Source: the human T2T-CHM13v2.0 reference genome, Homo sapiens
Assembly (NCBI RefSeq): GCF_009914755.1
Contig: NC_060926.1
Reading direction: 5' to 3' (one strand)
DNA length: 64,000 bases
Shown: positions 42,831 through 58,089 of the stretch, one piece after another
Layout: every line of letters begins with the position of its first letter
Position numbering within the stretch: position 1 is the first letter of the stretch
Notes under the pieces: model-generated
The model's database searches: none
What the model was told of the DNA's origin: nothing
Seen by the model: the letters and a program-made list of their open reading frames with translations, nothing else
Translations under genes and position numbers: made by a program

Positions 42831-44063
42831 AGCTTCAAAAATTGTTTGAGTTTTCTTGATAGGATGGCTGTGACAATCAAAACTAATTGCATCCAATATA
42901 CATCAAAGATACAAAAAATTGCATCTTTCAAGAACTACAAGATGCCACTTTCTGCAGAAATGCCAATACATAATTACAGGAAAGAAAAAACTCATGATTG
43001 GTGCAAGAAAAAACTGACCAAGCGTTATCATGTAATATTTTAATGATCCGTTTATATGTCTGCTACCCCAGTGGATTCTGTGCTTTCTGAGAGCTGGAAC
43101 TGGGTTTTGTTTCTATTTTATGTCCAAATCATAGCACAGTGCCTGGCATATACCACTTGTTCAATATCTGTTTGTTAGGGGGAAAGAAAGGAAGAAAGGA
43201 GAGAAAGAGAGGGAAAAGAGAAAGAAGGAAGGGAGAGATGCAGGGAAAAAAGGAAGAAGGAAGGAAGGAAGGAGAGAAGGAAGGAAGGAAGGGAGGGAAG
43301 GAAAATAAGTTTCAAGTAAGAATGTAGCAGTAAGCCTAAGAAATGCCCAACAGATTCTTTACAACTGACAATTATTGAGTCGTAGGATCTCTGAGCTGGG
43401 AATGACCTTTATTTGTCTAATTCCCCAGTTGAAGATTTGAAGAGAAATTTCAATGCAGAGAGACTAAGTGGCACATAGCTAGTTAAAACATAACCAAGAT
43501 AAGAACTCAGGTTTCCTAACTCCAAATCTATACCATGCAGGTTCCTTCTGGCAGAGAACTAATAGGCTGAAACTACAGTCACACAAATCTGATTATCTGG
43601 GGCAAGTACAAGAGGGTTTCTAGTAACTTTGCAGTTGCAAACCCTGATGCAGCTGAAGCCTCTTGATGAAGCCCTGAGAATCTATACGAATCAAATCCAA
43701 GAGCTGTGTGCCCTGCATGAGCTCATCCCACTTCCAGTCTCTTGCTGAGAGGCTGTCAAGCTCTCTGCAGAAGAGTGGCGTCTGGGTGTTTATACATGGA
43801 TGTGCAGCAGTGACACTGTAGACATCTTCTGTGTAGTGTAAATATGAAGTGGTCATCTTAGCAACCTTCCTTCCTCCCTCCTCCAGCCACAATGCACCTG
43901 GTAGCCACGAACCCTACCATGTTGGTGTAACATGGACAAATCATCACAGTCGCTTCCTCTGAGCAGTCCCCCAGATTACAGTTGATGTGAGGTTAAGTGG
44001 CTGATCCAAACTAGACCAAGTTGGGCTTCCCCTGAAAATTACTGGAATTGAAAAGAAGTCAGG

Positions 44064-44362
<299 letters not shown>

Positions 44363-44825
44363 ATGAAAAGAAATCAGTCTCTCTTTAGGTCCCCAGGCTG
44401 TCAGATGAGTCTGGATGCCATCCATGGCCATCTTATGGGCCTCAGAAATAAGAAGCAGCAATAACACTAATGCCACCCAGGTCCCTGATCCTACTGTTCC
44501 TGAGATGCAACTCAGTGTCATCATCAGCATCATCATCAATCATCACTAACCCTTTTTCTCTAATATGGTCTGCATTAAGTTTCTGTCATTTGTAATCAAA
44601 AGGGCCCTACTAATAAAATACACTATTTTTTAAAAAACTTCAAAGAATAATTAGACTAAAAAGAAAAAAATGAGACTTTCCTATATGCACTTCTTACTGC
44701 CTAAAATGTCTCTTATTCTGGAAACTATCCAATAATGCCAACTTCTAAAAAAAAAGTGGTAATTGGGAAAAGGGTGGGAAATAATAAAGCAGATAAAACG
44801 GTAGATTTGGCATCCCCACAAGTAT

Positions 44826-45279
44826 TGTGTGTCCGTCTGGGTCCTCCAAGAAGCGGATGCCAAGACAGGATTAGGTGTGCAAGAGATTTCTTGAGGAAAA
44901 CACCTGTGAAGGAAGATGAGGAAGGAGCCAGGAGAACCATGAGACTGGGCACAGGTCCGCCTTGGGCATAGGAGAGAGGGAAGGAAGGTTGGATGGAAGT
45001 GTCTCAGACTGCTGTGCAGTTCTAAGAAAGTTCCTCAAGGATATCGGGAGTTCTTGAGCCAGTCACCCATCAGAAGAGTCCCATATCTGCAGCATCTCCC
45101 AAAATGGAGCCTGGCTACCATAGCATCTGTCATGCGCAGTCATTGGCTGGGAGCAGCCTGTGAGAACCTTAGCCTCCAGAAAAATGTGGTGATCAACTCA
45201 GAGCATAGCAGCTAGAACCCTCTATCAATTACACTCCTCAAAATTAGAGATCTGAGGGGTGCCTTTTCATGGCCACCAC
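44826..45279 (-). mobile_element. ERVL LTR (LTR33-like)
   Basis: 'gtctgggtcctccaagaagcggatgccaagacaggattag...gcaagagattt...cacctgtgaagga' matches recalled antisense LTR33. Confidence 0.65.
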
Positions 45280-45629
45280 GGGGTGCTGTTCTCTTCGCAC
45301 GGCCCCATTCAGTACCTGTTTCTTCAACATCCTCCTGAAAGCCACCTACTCCTCTGTCCTGATTTATACCAACCGAAGTGCTCTATCCCTCTCTGAATTC
45401 CCAAGGTATTTTCTTGTCCCTCTCTTACACAGCTTCATGCTTTCTATCTTGCATTACTTTCTACTTCATATTGTGTGTGTATATATGCAGCACACTCAGA
45501 TACAATGAAACCTTGAAGACTATTCTGGAATGGGTCTGAGGTGGGGGTGGAGGCTGCTCACCTCATCTTCTTACTCTGGGCACTGGAATCTTGATCTGAA
45601 TCCTCAGAGTTTACCTCATTTAGATATCT

Positions 45630-46650
45630 GCTTTATTCCCTTTATTCTCAGACTCTTATTTGCTCACATTTTAACATTTCTAAAATTGGAGTGCAGCTTA
45701 TAATTTATGTCAAAAGAAATTTGCCACCTGCTGGCAGGAGAGTGAGTTGAGAAGGAGTTGTTACTGTCTGCCTGTGGGAGAACTTAGCGAGGCATATTTA
45801 CAATAAGTGAAGCAAATATTTATTGCTGAAGGCATGACTACACTTTCATGTCTTTCAGCGAAACATCAGACAAGCACTTCAGAGGACACAGGAAAAGGAC
45901 TGCCAGTCTACACTATGGGCACTGTAATTATATACAATAAAAATTGACAGATATCTCAGGAGAAATAGCAGAATTTTTAAAGTTACAGGAGTTTGGTGTG
46001 ATCGGCTCATTCATTGAAAAGTCACCCTCAGGTTCCAAACATCTTCCAGAAGCTTCTGGGTGACTTTGGGAAGAAGGTTTTACCCTATAGAAAAGAATAA
46101 TTTAATTAAGGGAAGGACAAAACTATGAGTTTAACCAAACAGGAAATACAAATGAAACCCTGGTGTTCCACAATATGGCTAAAAATTAGACTGCCTAGCC
46201 TACATTTGCTAAGGAGGTCAACATCACCAGCCCACGATTGGAAAGTAGAGAATCTCCATGATGCTATGCACAACTGCCAATGGTTACAGATGATTCCCAT
46301 GATGCTATGCACAACTGCCAATGGTTACAGATGATTCCCATGATGCTATGCACAACTGCCAATAGTTTCAGATGATTCCCATGATGCTATGCACAACTGC
46401 CAATGGTTACAGATGATTCCCATGATGCTATGCACAACTGCCAATGGTTACAGATGATTCAGAAGAATCCACAGACTACACCTGAAAGAGGTTTATTATC
46501 AAACACTGAATGAGATGCTGAAAAAGAATATATGGATAAATATTATTTTTAGTGTTCATATTTATTATAGTGGTTTTTACCCCCTTAAAACCTGTTATTA
46601 AATCAGTAGTGTACCTAAAATACATGGCATCTTGGAATTGAGGAACTAGA
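45630..46650. mobile_element. Old TcMar-Tigger-like DNA transposon remnant
   Basis: Left end 'cacattttaacatttctaaaattggagtgc' and right end 'atggcatcttggaattgagg' resemble recalled Tigger-family termini; family uncertain. Confidence 0.4.
46258..46460. repeat. 41-bp minisatellite, ~5 copies (atgatgctatgcacaactgccaatggttacagatgattccc)
   Basis: Copies start at 46258, 46299, 46340, 46381, 46422; only copy 3 differs (2 substitutions); last copy is 39 bp. Confidence 0.97.
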
Positions 46651-47429
46651 GTTAGTATAATAATCAGTGGCATAGTTCTTTAACTTTTGGCTTTAGGTTG
46701 ATGCCAAAAGGAATTGTTAAGAATGATTAAATCCACACCCTGTAAAGAGAATTCCATACAGTTTACAATATTGAGTTGGCAAAGATCAGTATAGGTAACA
46801 CAATTCACTCTCCCTCCCTTGCCTATGGAAGACATCACTGAACATCCATGGAGCTCTTTTTTGCTAAGCCAGGAGTCTGCAGAATTATGCCCAATCAAGT
46901 CTTCTAGGCAGTCACTACCAACTGATTGAACTTGGTACATGATAGGAATCTTGGCTGCCATCCGTATGCTATATTCTTGTATGGAATGTGACTCTGAAGA
47001 ATATACAAGGAGCTCTAATACATCTCTTTCTCCACCCTAAAGAGTTAGTGAAATCCAGCCAGAGCAATCAGACAAGAGAAAGAAATAAAGGACATCCTGA
47101 TTGGACAAGAAGAAGTCAAATTATCCTTGTTTGCAGGAGATACGATCTTATGTTTAGAAAAACCCAAAGACTCCACAAAAAATAACTACAGCTGACAAGT
47201 TCAGTGAAATTGCAGGATACAAAATCAACATACAAGAATAGTAGCATTTCTATATGCCAACAGCAAACAATCTGAAAAAGAAATTTAAAAAGTAGTCCCA
47301 TTCACAATAGCTACAAATAAGATACCTAGGAATAAACTTAACTAAAGAGTGAAAGAGCTCTACAATAAAAACTATAAAACATTGATGAAAGAAATCAAAG
47401 AAGACACACAAAAAATGGGAAAATATTCA

Positions 47430-47654
<225 letters not shown>

Positions 47655-48219
47655 CTACTCAAAGTAAACTGCAGATTCAATGCAATCTCTATCAAAATAT
47701 CAATGACATTCTTCACAGAAATAGAAAAAAAAATCCTAAAATTTATATGAAACCATAAAAGATGGAATAGCCAAAGCAATTCTGAGGAAAAAAGAACAAA
47801 GCTGCAGACATCACATTACCTGACTTCATATTATACTAAAAAGCTATGGTAACTGAAACAGCATGGTACTGACATAAAAACATACATGTAGACCAACCGA
47901 ATAGAGAACCCAGAAATACATCCACACATTTATAAACAACTTATTTTCAGCAAAGGTGCCAAGAACATACACTGGGGAAACCACATGCTCTTCAATAAAT
48001 GGTGCTGGGAAAACTGGATATCCATATGCAGAGGAATGAAACTAGACCCCTATATATCACCATATACAAAAATCAAATCAAAATGGATTAAAGACTATGA
48101 ATCTACTAGAAAAAAACACTGGGGAACGACTCCAGGACTTTGGTCTGGGAAAAGATATCTTGAGTAAGACCTCAAACCACAGGCAACCAAAGCAGAAATC
48201 AACAAATGGAATCACATCA

Positions 48220-48598
<379 letters not shown>

Positions 48599-49606
48599 CT
48601 ACCCATCTGACAAGATATTAATAACCAGAATATATAGAGAACTCAACTCTATAGGAAAAAATCTAATAATCCAATCAAAATGGTCAAAAGATCTGAATAG
48701 ACATTTCTCAAAAGAAGACATACAAATGGCCAACAGAGATACAAAAAAATGCTCAACTTCACTAATTATCAGAGAAATGCAAATTAAAACTACAATGAGA
48801 TATCATCCCACCCCAGTTAAAATGGCTTTTATCCAAAAGACAGGCAATAACAAAAGCTGATGAGGATGTGGAGAAAGGGGAACCCTCATATACTGTCAGT
48901 GGGAATGTAAATATGGTTAACAATAATACAGCCACTATGGAGAACAGTATAGACATTTCTCAAAGAACTAAAAATAAAACTACAATATGATCCAGCAACT
49001 CCACTGCTGGATATATTTCCAAATGAAAGCAAATCAGTATATTGAAGAGATACTGCCATGTTTATTGCGGCACTATTCACAATAGCCAAGATACGGAATC
49101 AAACCTGTTTCCGTCAACAGGTGAATGGACTTTTAAAACATGGTGTATAGACACAATGGAATAATATTCAGCCATAATAAAGAATGAAATCCTCTTATTT
49201 GCAACAACCCGGATGGAACTGAAGGACATTATGTTGAGTGAAATAAGCCAGGTACATGTTTTTACTCATATGTGGAAGCTAAAAAAAAAAAAGAAATCAA
49301 ACCCATGGAGATAGAGAATAGAACAATGGCCACTAGAGGCTGGAAATGGTAGTGAAGAGAGGGGGTTACGGAGAGGATGGTTAATAGGTACAAAAATACA
49401 CTTAGATAGAAGGAGTAAAATCCAGTGTTCCGTAGCACAATAGTGTACTATAGTTAACAATAATGTTCTGTATATTTCAAAATAACTAAAAGAGGAATTA
49501 GAATGTTCCTAATACAAAGAAATGATAAATGACTGAGGTGATGGATACACCAATTACTCTGATTTGATCATTACACATTGCTTTCTTATATCAAAATATC
49601 ACATGT

Positions 49607-49779
49607 GGGCTGGACACGGTGGCTCTCACCTGTAATCCCAGCGCTTTGGGAGGCCGAGGAGGGAGGATCACTTGAGGCCAGGAGTTCGAGGCTGCAGTGA
49701 GCTGTGATCATGCCACTTCATGCCAGCCTTGGTGAAAGCACAATTCTGTCCTGAAAATAAAAATAAAAATAAAAATAAA
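49607..49779 (+). mobile_element. Alu monomer in L1 3'UTR
   Basis: Duplication atcacatgt; (TAAAA)n tail. Confidence 0.85.
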
Positions 49780-50077
49780 TCACATGTATCTCATAAATAT
49801 GTACAACTATTATGTATCCATAATTATACATTTTTAAAAAAGAATTCATGAAAACTCACAAAAATGTGATCAAAAGAATAGTTTGAGGATTAATTTGAAA
49901 TCTTTTTGAAGGTTCTGGGATTTCTAGATCCAGTGTCCCACATTGCTTTGGGCTACCCCACCTGGTTACTAACCACAAAAAGTTCTATCTTTGTTTATGT
50001 GTGTATATATACACACATAAACATATATACATACAAACAAACATACATACATTGTTTATGTATTATATATATGTTTA

Positions 50078-50112
<35 letters not shown>

Positions 50113-50164
50113 CCTTTAAGTACCACTCAACTTTCAATTGATATATTTAAAACATTTTCTTCCT

Positions 50165-50516
<352 letters not shown>

Positions 50517-50562
50517 CTAATGAAAATGGTTGTGTGGTTCTCTGTCTTTATTCTCTGGGTCT

Positions 50563-50690
50563 TTTTTTTTTTTTTTTGAGACATTCTCGCTCTGTCACCC
50601 AAGTTGGAGTGCAGTGGCACAATCATAGCTTACTGCGGCCTGGAACTCCTGGGCTGAAGCGATCCTCCTGCCTCAGCCTCCTGAGTAGCC
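50563..50690 (-). mobile_element. Partial Alu, antisense
   Basis: Poly-T plus right-arm sequence only. Confidence 0.85.
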
Positions 50691-51155
50691 TCTTGGTCTT
50701 TCATCAAAGTGTGCTTTCCTTTATTGGGAAGGATAATAAGCACTTCCTGCTTAGAGTCCAAGCTGAAAATGAGTCCCCCACTTCAGAGGGTTTGAATCCT
50801 CCTGTGTCACACAGTCAAGTTTCCCCCAGACAAAGGCCACTTGGGGTATTACTATTTAATCATGGTAAGCCTGAGATCATATAGGTCCAATGTAGCATGT
50901 CTTATTTTCCCTTAATAGGCTGTGAGCTTCCTCAGGCTAGGGACTATTTATCTATTTACTCCTATAATACTATTCAATCTCTCCCCCAGAACATTCATGT
51001 AAAAGGTGCTCTCTCTATATATATACATATGTGTGTGTGTGTGTGTGTGTTGTGTGTGTGTTTAATGAAAAACTATTTTATTAAGACCAGCCATGAACTA
51101 TTTATCTATTTATCCCTATTATACTGTTTAATCTCTCCCCAAAACATTCTTGTAG

Positions 51156-51548
<393 letters not shown>

Positions 51549-51582
51549 TAATGAAAAAACTATTTGACTAAGATCCATCAGG

Positions 51583-51759
51583 GCCTCTCTTGCCCCCCTC
51601 TCACGATGTGACATGCCGGCTCCCCGTTCACCTTCCACCATGATTGTAAGCCTCCTGAGGCCCTCACCAGAAGCAGTTGCTGGTGCCACACTTCATGTAC
51701 AGCCTGCAGAACTGTGACCCAAATAAAACCCTTTTCCTTAAAAATTAAAAAAAAAAAAA
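51583..51759 (+). mobile_element. MST-type MaLR LTR 3' fragment ending in poly(A)
   Basis: 'ccttccaccatgattgtaagcctcctgaggccctcaccagaagcag...tgtacagcctgcagaactgtga' then AATAAA (51722-51727) and A13. Confidence 0.8.
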
Positions 51760-52529
51760 GACTCATCTGGAAAGGTCTCAAAGGGGAGAGAATGTGTCCA
51801 CTGCGCTGGGCTATACTTCTGTTACAGTCTAGGTAACTCTAGAATCTGACAAATCAATAAAGAAATTTTGTTTCTGTAAATATTATCTCCTTCTCATCTC
51901 CATCCCTAGGAATCCATAATATTTGAGGAATTCTTCAGCCTAAAAAATAAATAACCACAGAGTGCCTTTCATATGCAGCATCTGTGATTCTTAATGCTGG
52001 CTGAACATCAGAATCACCTGTGGAGCTTCTAAAACCTATCAGTACCAGGACCCTATTCCAGAACAATTCAATCAGAATCTATGGGGGTGGTGCACAGATA
52101 CTTCATTTCTCTTAGTCCTTGCAACACCTCCGTATGAGAGGTGCTATTATCCCCATTTTCCAGTGGAGGAAACTGAGGCTCAGGCTAAGCGAGATTAAGG
52201 CTTGCCCATTACACATTTAATAAGGGACACACAGCCTGATTCCCAAATAGCTCTCAAACATACATTATTTTGGTAAGTGCTGTTCATAACATATTTTAAC
52301 AACATGTGGATATAGAACCACCAAGAGCCTTTATCCTGCTAAGCTGTGGACAAGCCAGTGGATCAGACGCAGAGAGACATTCATCTGCCTACACAGCAGC
52401 AGGAAAGGACCTGTGCTCACTTCCACACCGCAGTTTTTACTCTCAAGCAGAGCAGTCACAAACCCTGTTTCTTTGACTTGTCAACTCTTTCATAACATCT
52501 CACCACCAAGACCAAGATAGCTGTTTTCT

Positions 52530-52680
52530 TTTTTTTTTTTTTTTAATTTTTTTGGTAGATATGGGGGTGGCAGTCTTGGTATGTTGCCCAAGCTGGTCTT
52601 GAACTTCTGGCCTCAAGCAATCCTCCTGCCTCAGCCTCCCAATGTGTTGCAATTGCAAGCATAAGCCACTACACCTGGCA
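52530..52680 (-). mobile_element. FLAM-like Alu monomer, antisense
   Basis: Poly-T then 'tatgttgcccaagctggtcttgaacttctggcctcaagcaatcctcctgcc'. Confidence 0.85.
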
Positions 52681-54994
52681 ACTTTTCTCTTGAGGAATCA
52701 GAAGGTTAGAGCAGCACAAATACTAGAGCGGATGGCCAGGCCAAAAGCCAGCATTTTTAATAAATATTACTGTGAATTTTGAACACTTTTATTTCCTGAA
52801 TATGCTATGTACTTAGATTTCAGTGAGCACGAGTGCATGAGATGAAATTTGCTTTAAAAAGACAGAGTCAAATGGACTGACACAGGTGAACCAAAAGTGA
52901 GAATAGCTTGCCTTCTTTAACTCCACTTTGTTGCTTCTCATTTTATTTATTCCCTAAACAAAACAAGAAAACTCAAAGTGGTTCTCAGTAAGACTGAAGA
53001 ATTCCCCTAAGAATTCCCATCTTTATGAGTTACAGAATCGAGTCAACTTTTCTTTTTTCCGAATGCTGCCTGAAGAGCTACTTTTCACTGCTATTCTGAG
53101 CAATTCTGGAGCTGCTGAGATGTCTTGGGGAAGGGTGGAGCAGCTGCCAGACTCCTCAGGTTCTGATGGAGGCAGATGCCTTTCCCCAGCTTGTTGCTGG
53201 CTGGGAACAAGCCTTCCACAATATGGATTTCATTGTCTGAACTCCCTCAGCTCAGCAACGCCCCTTGTCAGAGCACAGAGCCCACAGTTATATCACAGAT
53301 TAGCCCAGGAAACAGCTAGTCATGAATCACAGAGGCTCATGGATCTCTGCCGAACAAAGAACTCCAGCTCTGGGAAACTTTCTGGCCCAGCCTCTCCCTC
53401 TGTCCCAGTGGAAAAGCAGGTAATTTCCCACTGGCCCAGTAGAAAACCAGTGCAAGGTTCATGCAAGACAGGTGGACTTAACCTGGCCATTTCTTTCTTT
53501 TTCCTCATCTACTAATGCTGTTTTCATACCAACTGCATCCTAAACACAGAGTTAAGATGGTGATTCATAGTGGTGGTGGGCGTCTCAGTAGGAGCTTTCT
53601 TAAGAAGAAAGGGCTTTGAATGAGCCAATGAAAGCTGTTGCCAGGGAACCAGATGCCATGAACAGGCCACTCCAGCAGCATAAGAATACAAGCCAGGAGT
53701 GCTGGACTGAGCATTAAGTGTACTTGGCAGCTGAGTCCTACAAGGCCTGTTAACCCTTTGTGCACCTATGTCTAGACAGTGAGTCAAGAGAAGGATTATG
53801 GTAAAATCTGAAAAAGCCAAGCCACCCCTTCTGTCAGTATCTCCCACTGGAATGTGCCATTTCAAAGTTGTTCTCCCTGCTTGACTAACAGCTCCTCTGG
53901 ACACCTGCTTTAGAGTGGATTGGCTAAGAGATGGGCACAAGCAAGGGTTGGTGGGGAGGATGACGCTCCGCAGAGGGCACTGCTCATGTCTGATCGTACA
54001 TGTTAGAACACTAATGACTCCTCTTAACTTGTGGTTGAGTTTTATGTGATCTCTTAGCCTTTGGAGAAGGGACTTTGCTGCCCCAGGTGGGTCTGCTCTA
54101 TGAGATAAGGAGGAAATGCTTCCCCTCTTCCTTAAATGTATACTTCAGAGCCTTCTAGGGCCAGCTGGAGATTGGCAGCCTATGCCTCATGTTCAGATTG
54201 TTGGCTGGAGGAGTATGGACACAGGCTGCTGGCTGGGAAAATGGGGAACAGGCAAAGCTGCTGTAGATGGGCCTCCCGACCTACCTCCCAGGACTCCTCC
54301 ATCTTGTCCCACTTCTTCCTCTCCCTCTTCCATCAATCCCCAATCCAGGCATCCACTCTGGGTTCCATTCCTGCACAGCTTGATTAATTCAATCTCTGCA
54401 AAGGTACTAGCATCTTATCTCAGTTCTCAGGAAGATGTGAATGCTTTTCCAAAGGAAACTATAAAGGTTGAAAAACAGGCAGTGAGGTTACCTGTGGGCT
54501 AGGGGCTCCTTGGTTCACAAGGAGAACTCTAGCAATATGTGGGTCTTGAGGGGAAGATTCTCCCCACACCCAGGCTCCCTGACACCCTTCCTCTTCCTCA
54601 GATTGTCAGCTGCAGCTCCCTGGCTGCTCCCCTCTGGGGGCTAAGGATGGGGACGTCAATTTGAACATCAAAATCTCACCAGTGTGGGCAAAGAGTGGGA
54701 AGAGAATTTGTGTATACCTTGGGTGTTGGTATGTCCCTACAAAGATACATGTTTTATACATCACATTAACATTTATCTAAAATGATCAGCACAGGGTTCA
54801 CAATTTTCACTCTGTGATAATCAGAAAATATAAAAATTATTCTCATCATAGAGTTAAAATGGTGAGCTGGAAGCCAGTTGACAGAGAAGCGTCTGGTTAG
54901 GCAGTCTAGTGACTTACTATCTATATATATTAGATTTCCTGTTGTGAGGAAATGACTTTCAGAGCATCCATTTGTGCAGCAAAACCTCACTGCT

Positions 54995-55125
54995 GAGCTG
55001 GGCACAGTGGCACTTATCTGTAGCTCCAGCTACTTGAGAAGCTGAGATGGGAGGATCACTTGGGCCCAGGAATTCAAGACCAGCCCGGGCAACACAGCGT
55101 GACCCCCATCTCTAAAATAAAACCA
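54995..55125 (+). mobile_element. FLAM-like Alu monomer
   Basis: Duplication aaacctcact. Confidence 0.85.
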
Positions 55126-55211
55126 AACCTCACTAGTGTGTGCTAATAGTGGGAGACAATTCATGTATATTCTGAATTGTGAGATGGAATTATTCATTAA
55201 ACAATATTTTC

Positions 55212-55529
<318 letters not shown>

Positions 55530-56618
55530 TTATTGAGCATGTACTATGTGCCTGGCACAAGACTCGGTGCTTGACACAAATCATTTCATTTGCTAATTAC
55601 ATAAACATCATTGTAACAGTATTTAATGAAAATCAAAAGAAAAATTTACCCACCACCAAACAACATAGATCAAACATTGCTATGTTATTATTACATTTTA
55701 TTACTCTAATGTTCAACAATGCTAAATTATCAGAATCCATGCAGTATCAATGAATGACATCTGCTCTAAGATCCTCCCTTTAGAATTAAAATCATCCCTG
55801 CTCCTGTCACCCTCCATAGGTTGGTTCCTATGGAAGTTTGTTATTTTTGCCCCAAGTAACTGAGCTGCCAGCCAGGTGGTGATTGATTTTCCCCATGTTA
55901 TGAAAGAACCAAGAATGTGTGGCTTTTATTTCTTCTACAAACTCACTATCTCTCCACCGTAAATTTAAAAGCTTGCAATTACAGTGAATTTTCCTACTAA
56001 TAAAGTGAAGCCATGAGCAAAGGGATAACTAAATATTTTAGACTCCCACAGCAAACCCTTCAGAAAGATCTAAAATAAATAGATCCCTAGTCCCTTCGCT
56101 CTGAACTAGACAGGCCATGCAGCCATAATTTATAGCTAAGGAGAGAAAGGAAGCAGAAATCCAAGGCTGACACTCTCTCTCTTGCTATGATTCCAGAGTA
56201 TTCTTTGTTGCCTTTCGCATTTTCTTCTTTCACACCTGGCCTGGGCCACATAAGAAATTAGCCATAGTCTCTGAATAAGCCAAGTAACTTATCCTTAGCA
56301 GGTCTGTGCTTCTTCTGACAAGTTCAGAGGATTTTATCTTCTACACTGATTGTTAGGGTGCTTTCAGCCTGTGTACTAAGCCTTGAGTTGGTCAGCACCT
56401 TTAACCTATGGGTCTGAGCTTTGTACTATAGCAAACTACCAACTACTAAAACAGGATTTGACCCAATTCTCTTCTTTTCTATATTTTTCATACTGGCTCA
56501 AAGACAATTATACATCTCTTTGGGCATGCTAAAAAGCAAAATGACAAGTATTCAATCAGCTGCTACTATAATGCAAGGGGTTCTATGCTATGGGGAGTAT
56601 TAAGAATTTTAAGATATT

Positions 56619-56900
56619 GGCCAGGCACAGTGGCTCACACATGTAACTTTGGGAGGCTGAGTCAGGAGGACCACATGAATCTAGGAGTTTGAGACCAGAC
56701 AGGGCAACATAGTGAGACCCCATTCTACAAAAAATAAAAAATTAGCCAGGCATGGTGGAGTATGCCTGTAGTCCCAGCAGTACAGGGGGCTGAGGTAGGA
56801 GTACTGCCTGAGCCCCAGAGGTCAAGGCTGTAGTGAGCCATGATCGCAGCACTGCATTCAGCCTGGGTGACAAAGCAAGACCCTGTCTCTTAAAAAAAAA
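56619..56900 (+). mobile_element. Alu (J-type)
   Basis: Diverged dimeric Alu. Confidence 0.9.
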
Positions 56901-56989
56901 GAATTGTAAGATGTAGTCTCTACCTTCCAAAGACTTCAAGTCTAGTTGGGACATAAAACACAAGCAAATTGAAAGCCTTAATAATGTAA

Positions 56990-57353
<364 letters not shown>

Positions 57354-57847
57354 CACAGCCCATATTTTTAAAAATCTTTTGTTTTGACTTTTTCATACAA
57401 CTTGTCTTTGGTGCTTATGGTAGATAACTGTAGTTGGCTCTATCAACTTTTATTCTACATTCCCTCTGGTGCAAGAGCTAGAAAGCAGCAAACTTTATTT
57501 TCTAGACTTCCTTCCAACTAGATTTACAAAATGAACTTAAGAGAAGCGAGGTTGGGGAGATCTGAGTGCTTAGAAGTAGTCATGGCAGCCAGACCAGAGG
57601 TCCAGGGCCCAGTCACCACTTCATGGCTGAAGCAGGTAGCGGGGGCCAAAGTCATAGCTGCTCTCTGAGAGCCATGATGGGGCTTCTTATGAAGAACTGC
57701 TACTACTCTATTCCAGAAGTATTACAGGAAGAACAACAGGCTGAAATTGGAACCAAATTTGGACAAGGTCCCATTTCACCTCTGGTTTGCTCTATGGCTT
57801 TATGCAAATCATTTCATCTCTCTGTGCACTGATCTTTACTCTTTCAT

Positions 57848-58089
57848 TAACAAGAGCAACACCAAGGACTCTCCTTGTAGAGTGCCCCTAAAGATGAATA
57901 AAATACTAGAAAACACGATTACACTTCCTTTTAAAGAGGGATAAAGGTTCTGACAGTATCACATAGGCCGCCTCTCCAGAGTGGCATTCATTTACTCCAA
58001 GCACTTTGGAACAAGGGATACATTCCTGAATGTGCTGGGGAGGTGGCCATTGAACAGCATCTATTTTCTGTTTCATGTGGTTTCTATTT
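57848..58089 (+). repeat. Source copy of a local ~242-bp duplication
   Basis: ~95% identical to 59127-59367 (10 substitutions and one 1-bp indel by eye). Confidence 0.95.

Noticed and set aside
46258-46460. Possible CRISPR-like array
   Set aside because: Units are head-to-tail with no unique spacers, there are no cas genes, and the context is primate DNA; it is a minisatellite.
53063-53515. 150-aa ATG-initiated ORF in unique sequence
   Set aside because: No domain, codon-bias or splice evidence visible; this length occurs by chance in 64 kb across six frames.
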